A stretch of DNA of 64,000 bases from NCBI GenBank assembly GCA_038087875.1, contig CM075992.1, positions 4,590,001 through 4,654,000 on the forward strand, in the 5' to 3' direction. Every line of letters starts with the position of its first letter. Within the stretch, counting starts at the first letter, position 1. Under the pieces are notes generated by a model that made no database searches, was not told the DNA's origin, and was given only the letters and a program-made list of their open reading frames with translations. Made by a program: the position numbers and the translations under genes. Source of the DNA: Malacoraja senta. Its lineage: Eukaryota. Below are positions 1 to 11,565 of the stretch, piece by piece.

Positions 1-114
1 ACTGTCCCACTTGTCAATGAATTTCCAGAGTCTTGCTGGTATGAATATCCTCTGCTTGTGTTGTCCTATATGATAATTACATTTTTCTATGCAACCAAAA
101 CAAATGTTACTTAC

Positions 115-274
115 CATAATGCTTTGGTCATGTACTGCATAGTCTTCCACAAAGTGACCATCAGGTTTCTGTTTGTTTAATATCAGCCACTTCACAGCTC
201 CACACAGTACACTTCGGTCAATTGTGATCAGGTTACGTGCCATTGCAAATACCTTAACCACATAGGCAGTCAAC
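115..274 (-). CDS. C3: C3 exon 26-equivalent (160 nt): [54 protein letters not shown]
   Basis: gtgaag|G acceptor completes TGG; ATG|gtaagt donor; strongly conserved thioester-domain sequence. Confidence 0.95.
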
Positions 275-679
275 CTTCACTTAGAGAAATGCAACATACA
301 TTCATTCCATTAAAAAAAAAACAGGGTAGAAATTAATCTTTCATACACCCTCACATAAGAACTTCTAGCTATGTGTTTTGAAATTTTACACCAGTAGTGG
401 AACATAATCTGTTACTGCATTGCCTGTCTTTCCCAGGCACAACTAGACCTAATTACAGCAAGGAAGATAGATATTCTGAAATTAATAATTTAAAAAATAA
501 TCAAATGAAAGAAACGTTACCCACTGAGACCTTATAGAAACTATTGCAATTGTTAATTCATTTGCGCTACCGTTAGGCAACTGACTTATTTTCAATGGAC
601 TCTTATTTCCATACTTTTATCCAAATGGGAATAGTTCACAATAGTGAATACATATTTCTAAAACAATTCACAGAGCTAT

Positions 680-1480
680 AGAGCTGTACAGCATGGAAGC
701 AGAGACTTCAGACCAACTCATCCAAGCCATAGAAGACATCTGACTGAGCTAGCCACATTTGCCTAAATCTTGACATTATCCCTCCAATGCTATCCTTTTC
801 AAGTATCTGTCCAAATTACTTTTAAATGTCATAACTGTATCCGTCCCTGCAACTTCGTTTGGCAGCTCATTCCATATGTGCACCACCCTCACTAGGAAGA
901 GGTTGTCTCACAGATTCCTTATAAATCTTTCCACTCTCACCTTAATTCGAGTTTTAGAATCCTTCACCTTGGCTAAAATAAAATTGCTGTTCATCTTATT
1001 TATGCTCTCATGATTAATATGCCTCCATAAGCCCATTCCTTGGTCTCCTAGATTCCTTGAAAAAAATGACCCAGCTAATTAGGCCTTTCCTTATAATTAA
1101 ACCGTCCAAACTCATTAACATCCTCGTAAGTAATTGTAAACCCTTTCCGGTTTAATAACATCCTTCATACTCCTAACATGGCCTCGCTAATTTTGAACAG
1201 TTATAACATGGTTTTCCAACATGTGCACTCCGTGCCCTGACCGATGAAGGCAAACTTGTCGAATCTCTTCTTTGCCACCGTCTACCTATGTGGCCACTTT
1301 CAGGGAACAATGTACCTGTGCCCCTCAGTCTCTGTTCTGTAACACTACCCAGTCCCATGCTGTTTACTGCCCTGGTTTGTCTTTGTAAAATGCAATACCT
1401 CATATTTAACTGAGTTAACTACATCTGCCATTCCTCTGTCCATTGACCCAGTTGATCAAGGTCCCATTGTAATCAGAGAT
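680..1480 (-). mobile_element. Decayed CR1-type LINE 3' fragment
   Basis: Reverse-complement similarity to the diverged CR1-like 3' end seen at 58320-59130; no intact ORF. Boundaries approximate. Confidence 0.55.
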
Positions 1481-1580
1481 AACTTTCACTGTTCACATTT
1501 TCTTATTTGAAAATATATAAATAAATAAATATAAATAATAATAATAATAATAATAATAACTAGAAAAAACAAAAAACAAA

Positions 1581-2205
1581 CTGAAAGTAAGCATGCAGGT
1601 ACAACAGGCAGTGAAGAAAGCAAATGGCATGTTGGCCTGCATAGCAAGAGGATTTGAGTATAGGAGCAAGAAGGCCCTACTGCAGTTGTACAGGGCCCTG
1701 GTGAGACCACACTTGGATAATTGTGAGCAGTTTTGGTCTCCTAATTTGAGGAAGTACATTCTTGCTATTGAAGGAGTGCAGCATAATTCCCAGGATGGCG
1801 GGACTGACATATGATGAAAGAATGGATCGACTGGGCTTGTACTCACTAAAATTTAGAAGGATGAGAGGGAAATCTTGTAGAAACATATAAAATTCTTATG
1901 GAATTGGACGGGCTAGGTGCAGGAAAAATGTTCCCGATGTTGGGGAAGTCCAGAACCAGGGGGCCACAGTGTAAGAATAAGGGGTAGGCTCTTCAGAACT
2001 GAGATGAGGAAAAACTTTTTCACCCAGAGAGTTGTGAATCTGTGGAATTCTCTGCCACAGAAAGCAGTGGAGACCAATTTACTGGATGTGTCAAGAGAGA
2101 GTTAAATTCAGCTCTTAAGGCTAATGGAATCAAGGGATATGGGGAAAAAGCAGGAACAGGGTACAGATTTTGGATGATCAGCCATGATTATATTGAATGG
2201 CAGTG
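1581..2205 (+). mobile_element. 5'-truncated CR1 LINE 3' fragment
   Basis: QVQQAVKKANGMLA..RGFEYRS, LVRPHL and FFTQRVVNLWNSLP; similar to the 3' part of the CR1 at 8565-10380. Confidence 0.9.
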
Positions 2206-2466
2206 CCGAGTCTAAACTGAGTCACTATGGCTACCAAGTCAAAACCATGCGTTCCATGAAAATGGCTGACTAAAATACACATAGACAATATTCACTGCTC
2301 TACCCTCAATCACCATCACCTCCGCAAAATCTTAATCAATTTGGCAAGCCATGACCTGCCACGGACAAATTAGTTGGCTGTTCCTAATTTTCCCATTTTC
2401 TTTCAAATGCAAATTCACCAATATATTTCATAAAATATCGGTCTGCAAATGCAGCTTGTAATGTAC

Positions 2467-2542
2467 CATGTGCTGGATGATCTACTTTCGAAAATGGCAA
2501 AAGAATAATCATTCTTGCGATATTTTAGTTGTGTGGTAACAC
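2467..2542 (-). CDS. C3: C3 exon 25-equivalent, copy B (76 nt): GVTTQLKYRKNDYSFAIFESRSSSTW
   Basis: Same splice sites as copy A; 13 nt differences; open frame. Confidence 0.9.
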
Positions 2543-3015
2543 CTGTGTGAAGAAAAGAAAACAATAAAAAGCAAAATTCTATGAATTCTAGAGTATCTAA
2601 ACAGAGAAACAAAATATTGGGAGAAGTCAAAGAACTTTGGAAATGCACTCATGCCTTTCAAGGCACTTAGCTTATGAAAATATATATTTTTTGCTAAAGC
2701 CGCATTAAAGATACATTCATGTTGAATTGTGAAATTTCGAATTAGCATTTATGGTGCTTTGCAATAAAGATAGACAAAAAAGATGGAGTAACTCAGCGGG
2801 TAAATCAGCATCTATGGAACGAAGGAATAGGCGATGTTTCGGGTCGAGACCCTTCTTCAGACTGATGTCGGGGGGGGGGCGGGAAAAAGAAAGGAAGAGG
2901 CGGAGACAGTAGGCTGTGGGAGAGCTGGGAAGGTTAGGGGAAGGAGGGAGAAAGCAAGGACTACCTGAAATTGGAAAAGTCAATGTCCATACCACTGGAG
3001 TGTAAACTACCCAAG

Positions 3016-3715
3016 CTGCTGTAGATTTGGAAGCAACAGCAGGAGAAGATTAGCAAGAGAAAACACTGATTGGCTCTAGCCCAAGAGGGAGGAGAGAAGT
3101 GAGTCAGAGGGGGGAAAACAGTTGAAAAGGAGAGGCAAAGCACAGGCAGACTTTACTCAGAGCTGCTGTAGAGTTGGAAGCAACAGCAGGAGAAGATTAG
3201 CAAGAGAAAACACTGATTGGCTCTAGTCCAAGAGGGAGGAGAGAAGTGAGTCAGAGGGGGGGAAACAGTTGAAAAGGAGAGGCAAAGCACAGGCAGACTT
3301 TACTCAGAGCTGCTGTAGATTTGCAAGCAACAGCAGGAGAAGATTAGCAAGAGAAAACACTGATTGGCTCTAGCCCAAGAGGGAGGAGAGAAGTGAGTCA
3401 GAGGGGGGAAAACAGTTAAAAAGGAGAGGCAAAGCACAGGCAGACTTTACTCAGAGCTGCTGTAGATTTGGAAGCAACAGCAGGAGAAGATTAGCAAGGG
3501 AAAACACTGATTGGCTCTAGCCCAAGAGGGAGGAGAGAAGTGAGTCAGAGGGGGAAAACAGTTGAAAAGGAGAGGCAAAGCACAGGCAGACTTTACTCAG
3601 AGCTGCTGTAGATTTGGAAGCAACAGCAGGAGAAGATTAGCAAGAGAAAACGCTGATTGGCTCTAGCCCAAGGGAGGAGAGAAGTGAGTCAAAGCGGGGT
3701 AAACAGTTGAAAACA
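3016..3715 (+). repeat. About 147-bp tandem repeat x4.7 at the CR1 5' end
   Basis: Unit starts (ctgctgtaga) at 3016, 3163, 3310, 3457 and 3603. Confidence 0.93.
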
Positions 3716-6700
3716 GGAATTTGGATTGTAAATTGGTAAATTAAGCAATTTATCAGTCAATATAAGCAAGACTGCTCTTAGGGAGCGGCAGTGAGGGAAG
3801 TGCCCTGTGAGAAATGTCTTTGGCTCGAGCGTCTTCGGCGAGGAGGCTGAGGCGAGGAGAAGAGGCTACGCAAAACACTGCAGAGGGAGAGATGAAAGAA
3901 GGAGATGTCAGGCAAGCTGATTCAGTGTGATGCTTGCAGTATGTGGGAGGTCAAGGACACTGCTGGTGCCTCTGGCTGCTACAAATGTGACAAGTGCATC
4001 CAGGTACAGCTCCTGAAGGACCGTGTTGGGGAACTGGAGAAGCAAGTGGATGACCTCGGTTTGTCCGAGAAACGGAGTCGTTCCTCGACAAGTCCTACAG
4101 TAATATTGTTACCCCTAAGGTACTGGAAGAGAGAAGGTGTGAGAAAGGGAGGGAAGCATGGAATGCAAACGTCCCCGGGTGTTGTACCTCTTGTGAATAG
4201 GTTCGCCCACTTACAAGCTGTCGGGACAGAAGACGTTTTAACACTGAGCGGCAGACTGGCTTGCGATGCGAATAGGCTGTTGAGCCAAAACCAAAAAGGC
4301 CAAAGTCAGGCAACGCCATTGTAGTGGGAGACTCCATTGTGAGAGGTACGGACAGGGATTTCTGCGGCAACAGACGGGATTCGAGGATGGTGTGCTGCGT
4401 TCCTGGTGCCAGGATCCAGGATGTCACGGACAGATTGCAGAAAATCCTCAAGGGCGAAGGTGAACAGCCGGAAGTGGTAGTGCATGTCGGCACAAACCAT
4501 GTCGGAAAGAAGGGGATGAATATTCTGCAGCGTGACTTTAGAGAGCTCGGAAAAATGCTGAAAAGCAGGACCTCCAGGGTTGTTATCTCCGGTTTGCTTC
4601 CAGTTCCTCGTGCTGGCGAGAGCATGAACAGGGAGATACGGGACCTGAATGTGTGGCTGAGGAACTGGTGGACGGGGCAGGGATTTAGATTCTTAGATCA
4701 CTGGGATCTGTTTTGGAGTAAAAGGGAACTGTACAAAAGGGACGATTGCATCTTAACAGGTGGGGGACCAGCATTCTGGCAGGCAGGTTTGCCACTGCTA
4801 CACGGGTGGTTTTAAACTGAATAAGGGGGGTGGGGTGTCGAATGAGATAGTTGAGGATGGAGTTAAAGGGAAAGGGTTTCTTAAATGTGTGAGCGTAGAG
4901 ACAGAGGGGTGTAAAATGAGGGTAGAAGCAATAGGTAGCAAGGTGAAAAGTAAAAGTGGCAGGCAGACAAATCCAGGGCAAAAATCAAAAAGGGCCACTT
5001 TTCAATGTAATTAAGAGTGTTGTAAGAACAAGCCTGAATGCTTTGTGTCTCAATGCAAGGAGCATTTGTAATAAGGTGGATGAGTTGAACGTGCTGATAG
5101 CTATTAATGACTATGATATAGTTGGGATCACGGAGACATGGCTCTAGGGTAACCAAGGCTGGGAGATGAACATCCAGGGATATTCAATATTCAGGAGGGA
5201 TAGACAGAAAGGGAAAGGAGGTGGGGTAGCGTTGCTGGTTAGAGAGCAGATTAACGCAATAGAAAGGAAGGACATTAGCTTTGGAGGATGTGGAATCGAT
5301 ATGGGTAGAGCTGCGAAACACTAAGGAGCAGAAAGCGCTAGTGGGAGTTGTGTACAGGCCACCTAACAGTAGTAGTGGAGTTGAGGATGGCATCAAACAG
5401 GAAATTAGAAATGCGTGCAACAAAGGTAAAACAGTTATAATGGGTGACTTCAATCTACATATAGATTGGGTGAATCAAATTGGCAAGGGTGCTGAGGAAG
5501 AGGATTTCTTGGAATGTATGCGGGATAGTTTTCTAAACCAACATGTAGAGGAACCAACGAGAGAGCAGGCTATTCTAGATTGGGTATTGAGTAATGAGGA
5601 AGGGTTAGTTAGCAGTCTTGTTGTGCGTGGCTCCTTGGGCAAGAGTGACCATAATATGGTTGAGTTCTTCATTAGGATGGAGAGTGACATTGTTAATTCA
5701 GAAACAAGGGTCCTGAACTTAAAGAGAGGTAACTTTGAGGGTATGAGAAGGTAATTGGCCAAGAAGACTGGCAATTGATTCTTAATGTGTTGACGGTAGA
5801 TATGCAATGGAAGGCATTTAAAGACTGCGTGGATGAACTGTAACAATTGTTCATCCCAGTTTGGCAAAAAAATAAATCAGGGTAGGTAGTGCATCCATGG
5901 ATAACAAGGGAAATCGGGGATAGTATCAAAACAAAAGATGAAGCATACAAATTAGCCAGAAAAAGCAGCCTACCAGAGGACTGGGAGAAATTCAGAGTCC
6001 AGCAGAGGAGGACAAAGGGCTTAATTAGGAAAGGGAAAATAGATTATGAAAGAAAACTGGCAGGGAACATAAAAACTGACTGCAAAAGCTTTTATAGATA
6101 TGTGAGGAGAAAAAGATTAGTTAAAACAAATGTAGGTCCCTTGCAGTCAGAAACAGGTGAATTGATCATGGGGAACAAGGACATGGCAGACCAATTGAAT
6201 AACTACTTGGTTCTGTCTTCACTGAGGAAGACATAAATAATCTGCCGGAAATAGCAGGGGACCGGGGGTCAAATGAGATGGAGGAACTGAGTGAAATCCA
6301 GGTTAGCCGGGAAGTGGTGTTAGGTAAATTGAATGGCTTAAAGGCCGATAAATCCCCAGGGCCAGATAGCTGCATCCCAGAGTATTTAAGGAAGTAGCAC
6401 GAGAAATAGTGGATGCTTTAGTGATAATTTTTCAAAACTCTTTAGATTCTGGAGTAGTTCCTGATGATTGGAGGGTAGCTAATGTAACCCCACTTTTTAA
6501 AAGGGGGGAGAGAGAGAAACGGTGAATTGCAGACCAGTTAGTCTAACGTCGGTAGTGGGGAAACTGCTAGAATCAGTTATTAAAGATTGGATAGCAGCAC
6601 ATTTGGAAAGTGGTGAAATCATTGGACAAAGTCAGCATGGATTTATGAAAGGTAAATCATGTCTGACGAATCTTATAGAATTTTTTCGAGGATGTAACTA

Positions 6701-7940
6701 GTAGAGTGTATAAGGGAGAACCAGTGGATGTGTTATATCTGGACTTTCAGAAGGCTTTCAACAAGGTCCTACATAAGAGATTAGTATACAAACTTAAAGC
6801 ACACGGTATTGGGGGGTTCAGTATTGATGTGGATAGAGAACTGGCTGGCAGACAGGAAGCAAAGAGTAGGAGTAAACGGGTCCTTTTCACAATGGCAGGC
6901 AGTGACTAGTGGGGTACCGCAAGGCTCAGTGCTGGGACCCCAGCTATTTACGATATATATTAATGATTTGGACGAAGGAATTGAATGCAACATCCCCAAC
7001 TTTGCGGATGACACGAAGCTGGGGGGGCAGTGTTAGCTGTGAGGAGGATGCTTGGAGGCTGCAAGGTGACTTGGATAGATTGGGTGAGTGGGCAAATGCA
7101 TGGCAGATGCAGTATAATGTGGATAAATGTGAGGTTATCCACTTTGGTGGCAAAAACAGGAAAGTAGACTTATCTGAATGGTGGCCGATTAGGAAAAGGG
7201 GAGATGCAACGAGACCTGGGTGTCATGGTACACCAGTCATTAAAAGTAGGCATGCAGGTGCAGCAGGCGGTGAAGAAGGCGAATGGTATGTTAGCATTCA
7301 TAGCAAAAGGATTTGAGTATAGGAGCAGGGAGGTTCTACTGCAGTTGTACAGGGGTCTTGGTGAGACCACACCTGGAGTATTGCGGAGTATTGCGTACAG
7401 TTTTGGTCTCCTAATCTGAGGAAAGACATTCTTGCCATAGAGGGAGTACAGAGAAGGTTCACCAGACTGATTCCAGGGATGTCAGGACTTTCATATGAAG
7501 AAAGACTGGATAGACTCGGTTTGTACTCGCTAGAATTTAGAAGATTGAGGGGTAATCTTATAGAAACATACAAAATTCTTAAGGGGTTGGACAGGCTAGA
7601 TGCAGGAAGATTGTTCCCGATGTTGGGTAAGTCCAGAACAAGGGGTCACAGTTTAAGGATAAGGGGGAAATCTTTTAGGACCGAGATGAGGAAAACATTT
7701 TTCACACAGAGAGTGGTGAATCTCTGGAATTCTCTGCCACAGAAGGTAGTTGAGGCCAGTTCATTGGCTATATTTAAGAGGTAGTTAGATGTGGCCCTTG
7801 TGGCTAAAGGCATCAGGGGGTATGGAGAGAAAGCAAGTACAGGATACCGAGTTGGATGATCAGCCATGATCATATCGAATGGCTGTGCAGGCTCGAAGGG
7901 CCGAATGGCCTACTCCTGCACCTAGTTTCTATGTTTCTAT
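3016..7940 (+). mobile_element. Near full-length CR1 LINE: tandem 5' monomers, ORF1 (Zn finger + SGNH esterase), ORF2 (APE + RT); frameshifted
   Basis: ORF1 pieces CDACSMW..CDKC and GDSIVRG..HVGTN; ORF2 pieces [40 protein letters not shown]; 3' (tttctatg)n tail; empty site ccaag|caaaatataaggtgc in copy A. Confidence 0.93.
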
Positions 7941-8564
7941 GAAGTATGAGGTGCTGTTCCTCCAATTTACGGTGGGCCTCACTCTGGCCTTGGAAGAGGC
8001 TCAGGACTGAAAGGTCGGATTCAGAATGGGAGGGGGAGTTGAAGTGCTGAGCCACCGGGAGATCAGGTTGTTTATTGCGAAGCCTCCTCCATGGCCAGAG
8101 TGTGAGGTTCACTGCAAATTGGAGGAACAGCACCTCATTTCGCTTGGATAATCCCCTCCCCCCCCCCCCCCCCCCCCACAGTATGAACATTGACTTCTCC
8201 AATTTCAGGTAGTCCTTGCTTTCTCCCTCCTTTCCCTCCCCTTCCCAGCTCTCCCACAGCCTACTGTCTCCGCCTCTTCCTTTCTTTTTCCCGCCCCAGC
8301 TCTCCCACAGCCTACTATCTCCGCCTCTTCCTTTCTTTTTCCCGCCCCAGCTCTCCCACAGCCTACTGTCTCTACCTCTTCCTGCTCCCCCCACCCTCCG
8401 CCCACATCAGTCTGAAGGATGGGTCTCGAACCGAAACGTCGCCTATTCCTTCATTCCATAGACCATGGGCCAAGGTGCTTTTTCGTTTCATTTTGTGACC
8501 CAAATCACGTATCTACCTGTATTTATAACATATAGTGTAAAAATATAATAGAAATCATACCTGA

Positions 8565-10380
8565 AACAATGTAGGTCCCTTGCAGTCAGAAACAGGTGAA
8601 TTGATCATGGGGAACAAGGATATGGCGGACCAATTGAATAACTACTTTGGTTCCGTCTTCACTAAGGAAGACATAAATAATCTGCCGGAAATAGCAGGGG
8701 GCCGCGGGTCAAAGGAGATGGAGGAACTGAGTGAAATCCAGGTTAGTCGGGAAGTGGTGTTGGGTAAATTGAATGGATTAAAGGCCGATAAATCACCAGG
8801 GCCAGATAGGCTGCATCCCAGAGTACTTAAGGAAGTAGCTCCAGAAATAGTGGATGCATTAGTGATAATTTTTCAAAATTCTTTAGATTCTGGAGTAGTT
8901 CCTGAGGATTGGAGGGTAGCAAACGTAACCCCACTTTTTAAGAAGGGAGGGAGAGAGAAAACGGGGAATTACAGACCAGTTAGTCTAACATCGGTAGTGG
9001 GGAAACTGCTAGAGTCAGTTATTAAAGATGGGATAGCAGCACATTTGGAAAGTGGTGAAATCATTGGACAAAGTCAGCATGGATTTACGAAAGGTAAATC
9101 GTGTCTGACGAATCTGATAGAATTTTTCGAGGATGTAACTAGTAGAGTGGATAGGGGAGAACCAGTGGATGTGTTGTATCTGGACTTTCAGAAGGCTTTC
9201 GACAAGGTACCACATAAGAGATTAGGATACAAACTTAAATCACACGGTATTGGGGGTTCAGTATTGATGTGGATAGAGAACTGGCTGGCAAACAGGAAGC
9301 AAAGAGTAGGAGTAAACGGGTCCTTTTCACAATGGCAGGCAGTGACTAGTGGGGTACCGCAAGGTTCAGTGCTGGGACCCCAGCTATTTACAATTTATAT
9401 TAATGATCTGGACGAGGGAATTGAAAGCAACATCTCCAAGTTTGCGGATGACACTAAGCTGGGGGGCAGTGTTAGCTGTGAGGAGGATGCTAGGAGACTG
9501 CAAGGTGACTTGGATAGGCTGGGTGAGTGGGCAAATGTTTGGCAGATGCAGTATAATGTGGATAAATGTGAAGTTATCCAATTTGGTGGCAAAAACGGGA
9601 AGGCAGACTATTATCTAAATGGTGGCCGATTAGGAAATGGGGAGGTGCATCGAGACCTGGGTGTCATGGTACACCAGTCATTGAAAGTAGGCATGCAGGT
9701 GCAGCAGGCAGTGAAGAAAGCGAATGGTATGTTGGCCTTCATAGCAAGAGGATTTGAGTATAGGAGCAGGGAGGTTCTACTGCAGTTGTACAGGGTCTTG
9801 GTGAGACCACACCTGGAGTATTGCGTACAGTTTTGGTCTCCAAATCTGAGGAAGGATATTATAGCCATAGAGGGAGTGCAGAGAAGGTTCACCAGACTGA
9901 TTCCTGGGATGTCAGGACTTTCATATGAAGAAAGACTGGATAGACTTGGCTTATACTCGCTAGAATTTAGGAGATTGAGAGGGGATCTTATAGAAACGTA
10001 CAAAATTCTTATGGGGTTGGACAGGCTAGATGCAGGAAGATTGTTCCCGATGTTGGGGAAGTCCAGGCCAAGGAGTCACAGCTTAAGGATAAGGGGGAAA
10101 TCCTTTAAGACCGAGATGAGGAAAAACTTTTTCACACAGAGAGTGGTGAATCTCTGGAACTCTCTGCCACAGAGGGTAGTTGAGGCCAGTTCATTGGCTA
10201 TATTTAAGAGGGAGTTAGATGTGGCCCTTGTGGCTAAAGGGATCAGGGGGTATGGAGAGAAGGCAGGTACGGGATACTGAGTTGGATGATCAAGCATGAT
10301 CATATTGAATGGCGGTGCAGGCTCGAAGGGCCGAATGGCCTACTCCTGCACCTATTTTCTATGTATCTATGTATCTATGT
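8565..10380 (+). mobile_element. 5'-truncated CR1 LINE with an uninterrupted RT-to-stop frame (ORF 8580..10280, 566 aa)
   Basis: [40 protein letters not shown]; tail ttctatgtatctatgtatctatgt. No endonuclease domain. Confidence 0.95.
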
Positions 10381-10700
10381 CAAGAACAAAACCTGCACAT
10401 ATATTTAAAATATGAGAAATAACTCCAATTTTCCAAGTAGTAATTACCCAATCAATGCATGTTTGACATTGAGTCTGATGCCAATTGACCAATCACGTGC
10501 TTTGTCTCAGACTAGCGAGGCAGAGAGCACACTGGGATCATGGCTGCCTCCTAATTACATCAAAACAATAGCAAAGTTTCGAAGGACTAAAGGTAAAGCT
10601 AACCTTGCTGATAATTTTGTCTTACAACTGATTTATCGTTGTAAAGTTATGATGTGAACTATTAAATAAAAATGATAAATAAGAATGTAGAGCTAGGGTT

Positions 10701-11100
10701 AGGGTCAGTCAGTCGGTCGTGCTGTCGGTAGGCCGGTGGGTGCTGCGAGGGGTCGGTCGGACAGTCGGCCTGCCGGTGGGTGCTGCGAGGGGTCGGTCGG
10801 GCCATCGGTAGGTCCGTGGGTGCTGCGAGGGGTCAGTCGGGTTGTCGGTAGGCCGGTGGGTGCTGCGAATGTCGGTCGGGCTATCGGTAGGCCGATGGGT
10901 GCAGCGAGGGGCTGGTCGGGCTTTCGGCCTGCAGGTGGATGCTGCGAGGAGTCGGTTGGGCTGTCAGTAAACCGATGGGTGCTGTGAAGGGTCGGTCGGG
11001 CTTTCGGCTGGCCGGTGGGTGCTGCGAGGGGTCGGTCGGGCTGTCAGTAGGCCGGTGGGTGCTGCGAAGGGTTGGTCGAGCTGTCGGCCGGCCGGTGTTG
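10701..11100. repeat. GC-rich ~40-bp minisatellite (ggtgggtgctgcgaggggtcggtcgggctgtcggtaggcc)n; shorter counterpart at 38031-38280
   Basis: About 9-10 degenerate units here and about 6 in copy A. Confidence 0.85.
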
Positions 11101-11565
11101 CAGTGAGCGGGCGGACTTACGGAGCCGGCGCTGTGGGGGTGCTGAAGGCGGCCGGGGAGGTGTGCAGGGCAGTGCTTCCCCCCACCATCATCATGATGAT
11201 GATCCAGAAGCACATGCTGACCGAGGTGGACACGCTGAGCGGCCACACGTATGGAGCCTGCAGCCGGTCCCAAAGCGGCTCCAGCTCCAGCCGTGGGCAG
11301 CTCTGGAAGGGGAGCGAGATAGGGTTAGGATTAGGCATTTTCCTCTCAGTGGAAGATGCCGTAGCCTTCCCTCAGCCAGGAACTGCCGTAGTCCCACTCT
11401 GGCCGTGACCCCCACTCTTCACACTGGCAGTCAGTGGGGTTCAGTAAACGGGGGAACCCACAGGATCTGCCCTCACCCATTAGTTAGGCAGGTTCAGGAG
11501 CCAGTGAAACGCGGGACCTCTGTGGCAGTCTCACTCAACATACACACTCACAATTATATTCATTA

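Larger units (their letters stand above)
2768..8462. mobile_element. Penelope-derived foldback element (left arm 2768-3015, remainder 7941-8462), split by the CR1 insertion
   Basis: Inverted arms; GIY-YIG C-terminal remnant LPVAQHFNSPSHSESDLSVL...RKLEEQHLI on the minus strand; uninterrupted counterpart at 37283-37864. Confidence 0.7.

Noticed and set aside
8580..10280. 566-aa RT ORF as a domesticated gene or retron-like system
   Set aside because: Starts mid-ORF2 at a non-ATG codon, is nearly identical to the neighbouring CR1 and ends in the CR1 tail: a 5'-truncated copy.
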